From the IMG/VR virus record IMGVR_UViG_3300028898_000109, positions 1 through 64,000 of that record: a stretch of 64,000 bases of DNA; one strand, given 5' to 3'. This document shows positions 34,340 to 43,884 of this stretch, one piece after another. The position numbers and the translations under genes were made by a program. The notes beneath the pieces were generated by a model, which made no database searches, was not told where the DNA came from, and worked only from the letters and a program-made list of their open reading frames with translations. The stretch's first letter is position 1; the number at the start of each line of letters is the position of its first letter. This DNA comes from a virus.

Positions 34340-35737
34340 TTATTTGTTTGCAGGTAGCCTACTTCTATAGATTTGGGGGTTTTTAACATATTCAAGACCT
34401 TGCTGCCAAAATAGTTCATTATTAAGTAGAGGTTCATTTACAGTGTACCTAACTGTATGCTTGTGGGTACACTTAAATGTAGCACTCATAGATTGAAGAT
34501 TCATGAAAATGATTCTGTCGTCGTTTCTTTTGGTTGAACACCACCCACCAAAACAATTCCACATAGTCAATCTGTTTATTGCGTAACAATTAGTATCAAT
34601 AAACCCTTGTGGATTAATTCCCTCATTAGGGCCAAGGCTCTCAAAATTATCTTCTACAGTCTCCTCTGGTTTAACAAAAAACCTAAGACTAAATAAAACA
34701 TCGTACTTGCCCGTCTTAGATGCTTGAAATAGAGAGTCTATATGATTAGGAGCGTAAGTATTGTCCTCGTCAAGATAGCAAACATACTTACCTCTTGCTA
34801 AAGACGATCCTATTGATCTAGGTATTCCGCCGGGGGCAGACATAACATTTGAATATGAGTTGTACGGCAGAGACATGACATCGACATGCATATTTTTAGG
34901 AACTGTGTCCTGCAATAGCGATTGCATAAAATTAGAGTATTCTACGTCATTATCAATTTTAGGCTTATCATAAATTATTAATAACTGTACCCTTGCCTCT
35001 GTGTTTTGAGCTAGGATAGATCTGTAAGCTAAAGAATCTCTATTTAGTTTCGTCACGGGGTGTACTATGGTAAAATCATACGCCACAGAGATCACTTCTT
35101 TGCACTTTTCAAGGAATAATTTTTTTGATTGTTGGTTGCTTCTAATTTCAAAGGCGTGGTATATAGAATCGTTATAAGTAGTACCATTACCAAATTGAAT
35201 GGTGTCTGTTAACTGCCATTTAGGTATTTCACAAGCGGTTGGCATTAAAATTATAGGCTCTTCATACCGGGCTTCACACGCGTAAGTTAGTTCTTCCGCA
35301 GTGTCCCCTCTTTTGGTGTGAGCAAATGTAGGTCTTCCTATATCATTATAAAGTTTACGGCTAAAGCCCAAAGCACACGCACCCGCGTAAACGTGGTCAT
35401 AAGGCAAGTGGTTGGCTTTTTGCGCACACCCAATTAACTTGTCATTTTTAATTTGAGGTAAAAATGCTTCTAAAATTATCTCTTTATTTAAAGGAATGCA
35501 ATCAATATCAAAGTGTAGAAAATATTGATAGTCACTATAAATATGGTTATCCACAACTTTATTGATAGCTAATCCATGAGCTACTTTTGTATCTCCACCG
35601 TCAAACTTAATGTATTCTATGGGGATACTAAGATACTCAAATACAGCCTTGTGTGCTTGAATAACTTGAGGATCAATATTGTCTTGGTACAAAGTAAATA
35701 CTAGAACTTTATCAAAATCTTGAGTCATTTGAACCAT
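34340..35737 (-). CDS. two-domain glycosyltransferase
   Basis: N-terminal half FLHFDIDCIPL; C-terminal half GT-A/GT2-like ARGKYVCYLDEDNTYAPNHIDSLF (DxD). Confidence 0.55.
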   Translation of the reverse strand: MVQMTQDFDKVLVFTLYQDNIDPQVIQAHKAVFEYLSIPIEYIKFDGGDTKVAHGLAINKVVDNHIYSDYQYFLHFDIDCIPLNKEIILEAFLPQIKNDKLIGCAQKANHLPYDHVYAGACALGFSRKLYNDIGRPTFAHTKRGDTAEELTYACEARYEEPIILMPTACEIPKWQLTDTIQFGNGTTYNDSIYHAFEIRSNQQSKKLFLEKCKEVISVAYDFTIVHPVTKLNRDSLAYRSILAQNTEARVQLLIIYDKPKIDNDVEYSNFMQSLLQDTVPKNMHVDVMSLPYNSYSNVMSAPGGIPRSIGSSLARGKYVCYLDEDNTYAPNHIDSLFQASKTGKYDVLFSLRFFVKPEETVEDNFESLGPNEGINPQGFIDTNCYAINRLTMWNCFGGWCSTKRNDDRIIFMNLQSMSATFKCTHKHTVRYTVNEPLLNNELFWQQGLEYVKNPQIYRSRLPANK

Positions 35738-36663
35738 CTCGTAAAAAATAATTTGATTTTGCTAACAAACATGTACACGATGCTTTTATTTTTAGATTTA
35801 TCCTCTTCAACCATCAAACTTCTAAAATTACTACTATTGGTACTTTTTAATCTCTCATGCCTAGTCAGTACATCTTTTTTGATGGCTTCCAGAAACTTAT
35901 CGCTTACAGGTTCTATTTTGTCAGGTCTATATCCAATATCTTCTTTTTTGACTGTTTCGATGAATTTTTCCAAGGTCAAGTCACAGTACTCATCTATCCA
36001 ATCGCAAACCCAGAATAGGTTTTCTGAGTCGTAAGCAAATTTACCAAAAACAATTGGATCTTTCTCTTTGATTTTCTGCTTGTTAGTTTTAATATTTTCT
36101 TTTTTATAATCTATGAAAAGAATCCACAGCTCGTCAAAGATTTTAGTCTCCTTGACATGCATGATTTTTTCTCTGTAAATAGGAGGTATAGTTCTTGGAA
36201 ACTCCTCCAAAGGCAAAAATTTAACAACCTTGTCTTGAACCTTATTTTTAAATTTCTCTATGTCTGTTTTCTTGACTACGCAGGTGTCAGGCAAAACTGC
36301 CAATACTTCTAAGCTTCTTGTGTGCAAGGCTAGTGTTTGAGCTAGACTTTCATATAAAGCGTGTTGGCCCAATAGCTCTGTTTGTTTCAGCATAACTGCA
36401 AGCTTTTTAATACTAGCTTTGAGTCTGTTTGTTTCTACTGTTGTCATTTTGGACTTTACATACTTCATGTATAGACCAGGACTTATTTCCGTATCTCCCT
36501 TAGACTTTGAGTTTCTCTCACCCACCTGTATAGACCCTACTACACCTGAGGGCAAGGAAAAACTTGCAGTAGTATTATCATCTCTAAGTGCAACATTAGA
36601 ATAGAAACTTGTGGTTCCGAACGAAGATGTTCCATCAACAACGAATGTTTGGTGTATTGTCAT
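35725..36663 (-). CDS. hypothetical protein
   Basis: 312-codon ORF in the co-directional minus-strand train. Confidence 0.55.
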   Translation of the reverse strand: MTIHQTFVVDGTSSFGTTSFYSNVALRDDNTTASFSLPSGVVGSIQVGERNSKSKGDTEISPGLYMKYVKSKMTTVETNRLKASIKKLAVMLKQTELLGQHALYESLAQTLALHTRSLEVLAVLPDTCVVKKTDIEKFKNKVQDKVVKFLPLEEFPRTIPPIYREKIMHVKETKIFDELWILFIDYKKENIKTNKQKIKEKDPIVFGKFAYDSENLFWVCDWIDEYCDLTLEKFIETVKKEDIGYRPDKIEPVSDKFLEAIKKDVLTRHERLKSTNSSNFRSLMVEEDKSKNKSIVYMFVSKIKLFFTRWFK

Positions 36664-36665
36664 AG

Positions 36666-37151
36666 TTATCCTTTTAGTAGGTCAAAAATAGATTTTGCTT
36701 TGAATGCCTGGGTAGTATTAACCTCCGACAATATCTGACCGACAATATCTCTATTGACTGTCGCAGGGATAAGCTTATTAAAATTGTCAGGTGTACCATT
36801 AATTATGTTCTTCAAAATGAAATCAAATTTATATAAGTTTTGTGCGTCTAAAGCAGCCCTAGTGGACTTTGATAAATCAATTTGCATTTGTAGATCAATT
36901 TGACGGATCGTATCCACATTTCGTTTTTTCTCTTGTTCTTCCTCAAGCTTTCTTTTCTGTAGGAAGTAGTGAGCAATAAAAAGAAGACCTACGCAGCCTA
37001 ATACTACTGATGCTATTGCTCTAGATACGATATTGCTTGTCATAGATTCAGAATACTTTCCTAAAAAATATAGGAGAGTTTCCTCGTTAAACCCAAAATC
37101 CTTTGGGGGACTGATTGTGTCTGCTTGATCTACTTTTGCTTCTTCTGTCAT
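36666..37151 (-). CDS. single-pass membrane protein
   Basis: central helix ASVVLGCVGLLFIAHYFL followed by KRK. Confidence 0.55.
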   Translation of the reverse strand: MTEEAKVDQADTISPPKDFGFNEETLLYFLGKYSESMTSNIVSRAIASVVLGCVGLLFIAHYFLQKRKLEEEQEKKRNVDTIRQIDLQMQIDLSKSTRAALDAQNLYKFDFILKNIINGTPDNFNKLIPATVNRDIVGQILSEVNTTQAFKAKSIFDLLKG

Positions 37152-37162
37152 ACTATATCCTA

Positions 37163-38233
37163 TTAAAATTTACAGGCAAATGCGCCTTCATAGTAAAAGC
37201 ACTTAGTTAAATACCCTGTTGTACTTATCTGTACTATAACGTATTGGTTTTTAGCTTTTACACATTGATTACTGTCTACTTCTACTTTTCCGTTGATAAT
37301 AGTGTAAGCTACTCTGTCAGTGTTAGTCACACAAAAGGACTTTTCCCCATTATGACTTTTAAATTTGTACTGAGGTATTGGCAAAACTAAGGTTTTCTTT
37401 TCAGCTACCTCTAGCACAACGAATGCCATTCTGGTTTTAATAGATACGTCAAAGGGTGTATCAGTTAAGATGAATGTATCCGAAGTCATGGAGGATAGTC
37501 CACTCTGCCCATGGACTTTAGCAAAAGTATCAATAGGTATAACTAGTGGGTTTTTAGAATTGTATTCGATAACTTTAACATTTTGAGGGTTTTTGGAGCT
37601 TCTTATCTCAAGTACACCATTCTCTGTTAAAGGTGATACTACTATGGTAGTGAAGCTTCTGTTAAAGTCAATGTTATTAAATTTATAAAAAATAGACAAT
37701 GGGTCTAGAGCTACTCTACCAAAACCTACTTTTTGTGGCTCTTGAGTACTGGTGGCTAATTTTTTTACAGAAAGTATACCTGAAAAGTCCCCCGTATCTG
37801 TTGAGAAGTCTAATGGCTCTACATTACTAGGTAGAACTGGTACTGTGACTATGCCATAAATAGCTACTGGCAATTCTTTTGGTCTAGCTATGAATCTGAA
37901 CTGGCAAGGGGTGGTAGCTACGTCATTTCCCATTAAAACTTTCAAGGGTAGAATAACTTCTTTCTTATAGTAAACATTATAGAAGTCTATGCCGCAGTCT
38001 TTAGATACAATGTTTACAGTACCCTCGCCGTATAGATTAAGTCGTACAAAGTGATCTTGAAACGGCTCTCCCTGTTTGAATGCGTGGAAATCAGCTAAAC
38101 CAACATACGTACCTTCTGACGTTGTAATATCTAGTGTGGGGTAGTTATTGTCAATTGCCGGACTAGCTAAGTCAGTATTTAGCTTACAACCAATACAAGT
38201 TAGAAGAAGTAAAATTGATAGTATGTTCTTCAT
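37163..38233 (-). CDS. secreted protein or lipoprotein
   Basis: MKNILSILLLLTCIGCKLN signal with a non-canonical lipobox-like IGC. Confidence 0.5.
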   Translation of the reverse strand: MKNILSILLLLTCIGCKLNTDLASPAIDNNYPTLDITTSEGTYVGLADFHAFKQGEPFQDHFVRLNLYGEGTVNIVSKDCGIDFYNVYYKKEVILPLKVLMGNDVATTPCQFRFIARPKELPVAIYGIVTVPVLPSNVEPLDFSTDTGDFSGILSVKKLATSTQEPQKVGFGRVALDPLSIFYKFNNIDFNRSFTTIVVSPLTENGVLEIRSSKNPQNVKVIEYNSKNPLVIPIDTFAKVHGQSGLSSMTSDTFILTDTPFDVSIKTRMAFVVLEVAEKKTLVLPIPQYKFKSHNGEKSFCVTNTDRVAYTIINGKVEVDSNQCVKAKNQYVIVQISTTGYLTKCFYYEGAFACKF

Positions 38234-38239
38234 GGATTT

Positions 38240-38650
38240 TTACTCTAGTACTAAAGGTTTAATGCCAAGCTTCTCGCATAGACTGGAAACTAGTTGATCT
38301 TCAACCTCAATCATTTTTAGGTGAGTTGATACTTTCTCTTTTAAAAATTGTGATATTGAGTCCTCTTCATCCATCTCTCTTCCATACTGGATTCTTAGTT
38401 TCTTTTCATCTCTTTCATATAATCCTATCCTGCTGTACACACTAAACTTCTCTCCATGACCTAGGCGCTTAACTAAGTGTTCAAGGAGAGACAGTTGTAA
38501 GCCTCTGTCTTTTTCTCCTAAATTGTCTTCTGTGTACAATTTAGTTATCAATGCGGCAACACCATGATAGGTATAAAAAAATCTTTCTTTCTGGTCCGCG
38601 AGAAAGACTACTTCCTCAGTCACTTCATTGTTATCGTTTTGCTCACTCAT
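38240..38650 (-). CDS. hypothetical protein
   Basis: 136-codon ORF. Confidence 0.55.
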   Translation of the reverse strand: MSEQNDNNEVTEEVVFLADQKERFFYTYHGVAALITKLYTEDNLGEKDRGLQLSLLEHLVKRLGHGEKFSVYSRIGLYERDEKKLRIQYGREMDEEDSISQFLKEKVSTHLKMIEVEDQLVSSLCEKLGIKPLVLE

Positions 38651-38672
38651 AATTTTTCCTTTTACTTGAAAT

Positions 38673-39167
38673 TTAACCCTTGAAAGTTATTACTTTACCT
38701 CTAGGGGACTTATATAGAACAACCTTAGAGCTATCAAAAGTCTCCTGCTCGTATTTTATATTTTCTAAAGAAGGGTTTTCCGCGTCAGATCCTTCGTGTA
38801 AATTACTTTCAGTAAATACCAGAGCTGTATCTTCTTTTTGCTTAAGCTGTTCGTTTGCTTTTCTAAAAAGCTTCACTGTCTTTCTAATCAGCTCTGTTCT
38901 CCAAGCAAGTCTTTTTGCAGCGGATAGATTTGAAGCTATTGGATCATTCTTACAAATTTCTTTAGATAGCTCATCCCATGTTTTAGTTGGATCACTTTCA
39001 GCCAATGCCATAAGCTCCCTAACCTTATCATCTGACACCCTTACTCTTTCTACTTCTACCGTTGTAGCGAAGGGGTCGAAATTAAAGTTATCGTTGGACA
39101 TCATTAAGACACTCATCATAGCGAGTGTGCTTGCAGATTTCTTTCCAAGTTTCTCTTTATTATCCAT
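38673..39167 (-). CDS. hypothetical protein
   Basis: 164-codon ORF with normal composition; the mirror + ORF is Ser/Leu-rich. Confidence 0.55.
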   Translation of the reverse strand: MDNKEKLGKKSASTLAMMSVLMMSNDNFNFDPFATTVEVERVRVSDDKVRELMALAESDPTKTWDELSKEICKNDPIASNLSAAKRLAWRTELIRKTVKLFRKANEQLKQKEDTALVFTESNLHEGSDAENPSLENIKYEQETFDSSKVVLYKSPRGKVITFKG

Positions 39168-39169
39168 GA

Positions 39170-39738
39170 TTACTTTCTCCTTTTAGGAATCGTACAATCT
39201 ATAAGGCAATAGTTTCTATCCATTTGTATTGAAACTTTATGATTCTTAGATAGGTACGTCAAAAGTAGAGTTATATCTGGTACGAAATGTACTATACTTT
39301 TATCCAGAGTGAATCCTATTGCAAGTTTACGCCTTCTTATTTTTATTGCCTGCTTTAAAATTTTGTAAATTTGTTGCATGTTTGAGTATCCGCCAAAAGC
39401 ACCACTTAAAACAACGGTATCTACCTGTAGGTGAGAAAATTTCTGTAAATCGTTTGTACATTTTATAAGCCTTGACTCCCCATAGGCTAGGAACTGCGGA
39501 ACAACTTCATACGCTAGATATTTTTTGGTATTTTTTAAAGCATCGTAGAGTATAAAATTCCCTGCCCCCCAATCTAATAGCGTACCTGCGTTATTAAGAT
39601 CACAAAAATCAATGAGTCCTTTAAAACTTTTTGCTGCAATTTTACGACTATCTATATCGAAACCAACGCATTTAGGGTTTCCGGCACCATAAAGCTGTAT
39701 TTTATTTTTATACCAATTAAAATATCTATCTTTTTCAT
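39170..39738 (-). pseudogene. frame-disrupted class I SAM-methyltransferase-like gene (upper coordinate +/-1)
   Basis: the frame of 39170..39379 stays open for 115 more codons to about 39724 with no ATG/GTG/TTG. That part reads IFNWYKNKIQLYGAGNPKCVGFDIDSRK..TLLDWGAGNF..VVLSGAFGGYSN. An AAGGA-ATG start at about 39737 is in another frame and stops after 6 codons. Confidence 0.45.
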
Positions 39739-39739
39739 A

Positions 39740-39928
39740 TTAATCCTTATGAGATTCTAAATAGCTTTTTATTTCAGCCATGTGTTTTATAATAGCTTCT
39801 GCTTTTTTAGCACCGAAGCTTAACACAGGGAAAGACCCAACTTTTTCTCCGTCCGCAGTAACTTCCCAGATTGCGCACAATTCTTTTCCCTTAAACTCCT
39901 CAACAAAAACCTTAGTATTTTTGGCCAT
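39740..39928 (-). CDS. hypothetical protein
   Basis: 62-codon ORF, AAGGAGAAGG upstream. Confidence 0.5.
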   Translation of the reverse strand: MAKNTKVFVEEFKGKELCAIWEVTADGEKVGSFPVLSFGAKKAEAIIKHMAEIKSYLESHKD

Positions 39929-39985
39929 ACCTTCTCCTTTATCGTATGTTAACTTGACCTTGTATTTCGGTCAAACACTTATAGC

Positions 39986-40279
39986 TTATTCTTTATTCGT
40001 TGCAGCATTAACGCTTTGTGTCAAACTCTTACTAGCTTCGCTTTCAATAGCCTTAACGTGTTTTAGTGTGGCGTTAATCATTTCGGTTTGTAGATTCGCA
40101 AAAACGGCGTTTGTCGCACGACTAGCGAGCAAATATTTCTCTCTTACTGTCATTGCTTTGATCTCCGGTCGAGACAAAAAAGGCACTATCTCGTTATTCC
40201 ATAACGCATAGTATAATTTACTCATTGCGTCATGATGACTTAAAACTTTTTCATTTTTCATAGTTTGCTCTGTACTCAC
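39986..40279 (-). CDS. hypothetical protein
   Basis: 97-codon ORF. Confidence 0.5.
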   Translation of the reverse strand: MSTEQTMKNEKVLSHHDAMSKLYYALWNNEIVPFLSRPEIKAMTVREKYLLASRATNAVFANLQTEMINATLKHVKAIESEASKSLTQSVNAATNKE

Positions 40280-40458
40280 GGTATTAACTCCTTTCCGGAT
40301 CTTTGGTTTTCTGTTGGAAGTTCATCTCCCACGCACTTGCACCACTCTTCATAAGTAGAATAATAATAATGCTCGCAACCTTTTTTATCTGTGAAAGGTC
40401 TTTCCTCAGGAGAAAAAAGCTTGCACTCTTTTTGATACTGACAAGTGCCCATTCCCAT
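40276..40458 (-). CDS. small Cys-containing protein
   Basis: 60-codon ORF, 4-nt overlap with downstream gene. Confidence 0.45.
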   Translation of the reverse strand: MGMGTCQYQKECKLFSPEERPFTDKKGCEHYYYSTYEEWCKCVGDELPTENQRSGKELIP

Positions 40459-40472
40459 AAGTAATCCTATCG

Positions 40473-41291
40473 TTAGTAAGCTTTACAGAAGTTTCTTATT
40501 ATTCGTTTAAGTGCTTTTGGTAAGTGCCTGAATATAGAGTTGGGATTGTCTCTTGTTTTTGTGCAAATACCTTCTTTTATTTCTACCATACCCGTCAAGT
40601 ACAAACCTATATCTTTTCTTTTATACCAGAGCCAATCTTTAAATTCATAGTAGTACTTAAATCTTTTTCTCCGTAAAAAGCTGCTAACCCTTTCAGATGT
40701 ACCTAGTATTTCCTTGGTTCTTTCAATAGGATTTTCCGTATATACAAGACCCCCAAGTGAATATCGGGGATTTTGATTAAACCTTCTATAAAGTTCCGCT
40801 ATTTCCTTTGGAATGTTTCCAGAGTGGATTGTTGGATATTCTAAATGAAACCTATACCATCTATCATCTAAATGCTCATGTCGAGCAACTATCCTAGCAG
40901 CTTCCATCGGTGTTTTACCGAGACTTCTAAGCCAATACTCTACCATGGTAGGTGATCTATAAGCACCGGCAGCACAATGAACGTAAATTTTGTGCTTCTG
41001 GTTCCAATGAAACTCCATAACATGCTTAAACCAATAAAACGGAGCGTAACCCCAGTATCCCATCTCCTGAATTGGGTACCAATGCATAATCTGTCCTATT
41101 TTTGATGGGTAGAAGTGGTTTCCTGGTGCGTCATTTACATTAATAAATGCATCAAAAGAATCAGCAAACTCTTTCGTCATTCCATCTCTAGGATCTGAAC
41201 CAATATAGATATTATCGTAGGGTGGGGGTAAAACCCTATACCTACATTCCGTGGTTTCTTTTTCACACCAATTTTTAACCTCTGTATTCAT
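40473..41291 (-). CDS. cysteine-based (PTP / dual-specificity family) phosphatase
   Basis: IYVHCAAGAYRSP = HCx5R(S/T) P-loop. Confidence 0.65.
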   Translation of the reverse strand: MNTEVKNWCEKETTECRYRVLPPPYDNIYIGSDPRDGMTKEFADSFDAFINVNDAPGNHFYPSKIGQIMHWYPIQEMGYWGYAPFYWFKHVMEFHWNQKHKIYVHCAAGAYRSPTMVEYWLRSLGKTPMEAARIVARHEHLDDRWYRFHLEYPTIHSGNIPKEIAELYRRFNQNPRYSLGGLVYTENPIERTKEILGTSERVSSFLRRKRFKYYYEFKDWLWYKRKDIGLYLTGMVEIKEGICTKTRDNPNSIFRHLPKALKRIIRNFCKAY

Positions 41292-41605
41292 TATTTCTCA
41301 TTCCTAGCAATGGATGCATTAGCCATCATAACCGCTAAACCTAATAATTTTAGTGCCTCATCTCTTTCGCTAGAAGGAGGACAAACTGATCCAAACGTAT
41401 TAGCCAAATCTTTTGCTAGGTAGCGAATAGTTTGGTATCTTTGCTGTTGACTGGGAGTAGGGCTATGATAGGTAAAGTTATCCTGTATTTTAGCACTCAG
41501 TTCTTCCGTTAGATAATTAGGTATTTCAACTATAGCGGAGCCCGTAGTCGTAACAGGTACGTCTTTTAGAATACTTGTTTTTTCAAATTCTGGAAAATCA
41601 GTCAT
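41291..41605 (-). CDS. hypothetical protein
   Basis: 104-codon ORF, 1-nt overlap downstream. Confidence 0.5.
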   Translation of the reverse strand: MTDFPEFEKTSILKDVPVTTTGSAIVEIPNYLTEELSAKIQDNFTYHSPTPSQQQRYQTIRYLAKDLANTFGSVCPPSSERDEALKLLGLAVMMANASIARNEK

Positions 41606-41617
41606 TTTATTGTTTCT

Positions 41618-41716
41618 TTATTTTCTAATAATTATGGCTAAAATTGATAACGCCAAAGCTGCCACATTCATAAGCAGAACTATCTTTTGTCTAGTTGTAG
41701 TTTTACCGAATTTCAT
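41618..41716 (-). CDS. small tail-anchored membrane peptide (32 aa)
   Basis: track frame 41618..41803 trimmed to the internal ATG after the upstream stop: MKFGKTTTRQKIVLLMNVAALALSILAIIIRK. Confidence 0.3.
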   Translation of the reverse strand: MKFGKTTTRQKIVLLMNVAALALSILAIIIRK

Positions 41717-41727
41717 TAGACTATCCC

Positions 41728-42186
41728 TTAATTTAATATTGAGTACGCTATTACTACATCTGTGATAGCGTGTACCATTTGATCTAAGCCTAGCGACCAC
41801 CAAAATAAAGTATTGCTTCGTAATCTTACGCCTGTTTCTTTGCTATCAATACCTTGCAAAGTTTCTGCACCAATTAACATAAACTCTCTTTTGGATAATG
41901 CTTCGTACCTACCTAAAATTTTAGGAGAGGCTTTTATCCTGTCCATGGCAAAGTGGGTAAGCATATCGAATTGTGAAAGCAAGAGAGCTTTCTCTAAATC
42001 CTGGGTAAATGCAAAGGAAATCAAAAAAGTAAAGACTCCATGAGTAAGGCAATGTAGAGTTAAGGGCAAAATAAAATCAGGGAATTTTTTAAACTTGCCT
42101 AACATGTAAGGGTTTTGCAAGGGGTAGTCTGCCAAAAAATGTTTTAAACAAAATAAAATCATCAAAGCTAGTCCAAGTGTACTCAT
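41728..42186 (-). CDS. DUF3307-like membrane protein
   Basis: LKHFLADYPLQ plus several hydrophobic helices. Confidence 0.5.
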   Translation of the reverse strand: MSTLGLALMILFCLKHFLADYPLQNPYMLGKFKKFPDFILPLTLHCLTHGVFTFLISFAFTQDLEKALLLSQFDMLTHFAMDRIKASPKILGRYEALSKREFMLIGAETLQGIDSKETGVRLRSNTLFWWSLGLDQMVHAITDVVIAYSILN

Positions 42187-42198
42187 AGTCAGTTCCTT

Positions 42199-42720
42199 TT
42201 ATATAGTGTATAAATATTCTTCTTTACCGAGTATTGTAGCAGTGTCTGTCTTATAATTTAATTTATCTCTGAACCCAAGCTTTCTCAATTCTTTTCGTAC
42301 TCTCATTACGTCAATGAAGTTACTGTACGGGTGTGTGTAAACGCAAATAACTCTCTGCTTGTATAGGTGTTCATTTTTTGCAGTGCTTACTTTTGCACTA
42401 ATACCAAGCTTGCCTTTAATAGTAAGCTTAGATATTTTATTCCATGTTGCATCAACATTTTCAGCCGAGACATAGACAAGCCATTTACCTACAAGGTTAG
42501 GATCAACCTTTCTATCCTGCGGCTTTGTTTCACAGAACACGTGATGGAAAGTACAGGTTGTGTCAGATGAGGGAGGTAATTTTCCGCCATTCAGTTCCCT
42601 AACAGTGGATTCAAGACTCTTTATTCTTTTTCTCAAATCTGCGCAAGTAGTACAAGATTTAGCAGTAGCTCTCTCATCCTCATCGGACATACCATCTCTG
42701 AAAAGTTTCATAAAACCCAT
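42199..42720 (-). CDS. DUF1917 / Bles03-like domain protein
   Basis: GKWLVYV..ATWNKI..GKLGISAKVST..RVICVYT..DV.RVRKEL..LG..YKTD pattern as I recall it for that family. Confidence 0.35.
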   Translation of the reverse strand: MGFMKLFRDGMSDEDERATAKSCTTCADLRKRIKSLESTVRELNGGKLPPSSDTTCTFHHVFCETKPQDRKVDPNLVGKWLVYVSAENVDATWNKISKLTIKGKLGISAKVSTAKNEHLYKQRVICVYTHPYSNFIDVMRVRKELRKLGFRDKLNYKTDTATILGKEEYLYTI

Positions 42721-42756
42721 AGAATTTTCTTTCTACTATAAATAATCTTTTGTATT

Positions 42757-43110
42757 TTACACTATTACTTTAGCACCAACAGAGGATACTAACTTGTTAA
42801 AAGTATCGTATTTCAATGTCCAGGATTGGTACTCAGGATTAATGTCCGAACTTGTACTCCATTCAAAAATCTGTTGCTCGGCATCAACTTCCTTAATTAA
42901 GTGTATTGCTAGCTTTACCATTCTGCCTTTAACATAATCAAGGTGGATTGCGGGCTCATCTTTGTCGTACATATTGACTGTAAAATCTTCTGCCTTAAAA
43001 GTATGATTTATGTTAAAATGGAGGTATCCCATTCCTACTGAGGTTGATGCCTGACAAGCATTAGAGGCTATTTGTTTTACCTGTTCTACTGTTGCTAAAA
43101 ATTTTAACAT
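42757..43110 (-). CDS. hypothetical protein
   Basis: 117-codon ORF. Confidence 0.5.
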   Translation of the reverse strand: MLKFLATVEQVKQIASNACQASTSVGMGYLHFNINHTFKAEDFTVNMYDKDEPAIHLDYVKGRMVKLAIHLIKEVDAEQQIFEWSTSSDINPEYQSWTLKYDTFNKLVSSVGAKVIV

Positions 43111-43113
43111 TGA

Positions 43114-43539
43114 CTATTCCTTTGGCTTTTCTATAGTTTGGCTCTGACTATTTAATGATTTATACCTACCAGATTTAAAACCTACCTTGGGCTTATGTTC
43201 TTCTACTAAAGGAATAAGGCTTTTAGCTGATTTCTCATGTAGATACTGCACTGTGAAATAAATAGCCTTTCTGTAACTGTTAAAGTTATCTCCAGCACCG
43301 GGTGGGTTAAGAAATTTTCCCTTATAATCAGCCCAGACTTCTTCTTTCAATTTTTCAAGAGGTTCGTCAACTACGCTAGCCTCAAGATCTTGCCAATTCT
43401 GCATAGCTATTTCTTCATCGTAGTCAGGATCGGAGGATGTTTGGCAATGGTGACAGAGTACTAAGTAGTATCCTAAATATTTTTGAGGTATTGCATGTCT
43501 GCCACAGTCAGGGCAAGGTTTTAGGTTTTCCACTCTCAT
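43114..43539 (-). CDS. Lar-family restriction-alleviation-like zinc-ribbon protein with C-terminal extension
   Basis: LKPCPDCGRHAIP...VLCHHCQ...EEIAMQNWQ matches the Lar-family N-terminal pattern. Confidence 0.45.
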   Translation of the reverse strand: MRVENLKPCPDCGRHAIPQKYLGYYLVLCHHCQTSSDPDYDEEIAMQNWQDLEASVVDEPLEKLKEEVWADYKGKFLNPPGAGDNFNSYRKAIYFTVQYLHEKSAKSLIPLVEEHKPKVGFKSGRYKSLNSQSQTIEKPKE

Positions 43540-43884
43540 TTATGTCTCTTGATTTTTTATGATTGCCGCTTTTACTTCTTCTAATCTTTCTTCTACTAAA
43601 TTTATTTTTGTTTTGTAATTACGCAATCTTCTTTCTAGCGTTCTTTCCATACATTTCAGAGCTAGGTCTTTACTTTTGAAATAGGTAATGAAAGAATTTT
43701 TTATATCCAAAGTTTTATAGTACATAAGAGTGCCTTTACTAATGCCATCAATGCCTCCTATTGTAGGGAGTAGAATCTTGAAGGTAGTTCTATTCCACTT
43801 GACTACATCAATCTCCCTAAGATCAAATCCGTCTTTAGTTACCCCATAGCCTTTAGTTGTTTTTATTTCAATTACATCCCGCAT
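43540..43884 (-). CDS. hypothetical protein
   Basis: 114-codon ORF abutting the downstream gene. Confidence 0.5.
   Translation of the reverse strand: MRDVIEIKTTKGYGVTKDGFDLREIDVVKWNRTTFKILLPTIGGIDGISKGTLMYYKTLDIKNSFITYFKSKDLALKCMERTLERRLRNYKTKINLVEERLEEVKAAIIKNQET

Noticed and set aside
38680-39186. 168-aa + strand ORF mirroring 38673..39167 (-)
   Set aside because: Its Ser/Leu/Phe-rich composition is typical of an antisense frame. All neighbours are on the minus strand, and the minus frame has normal composition and tight spacing.
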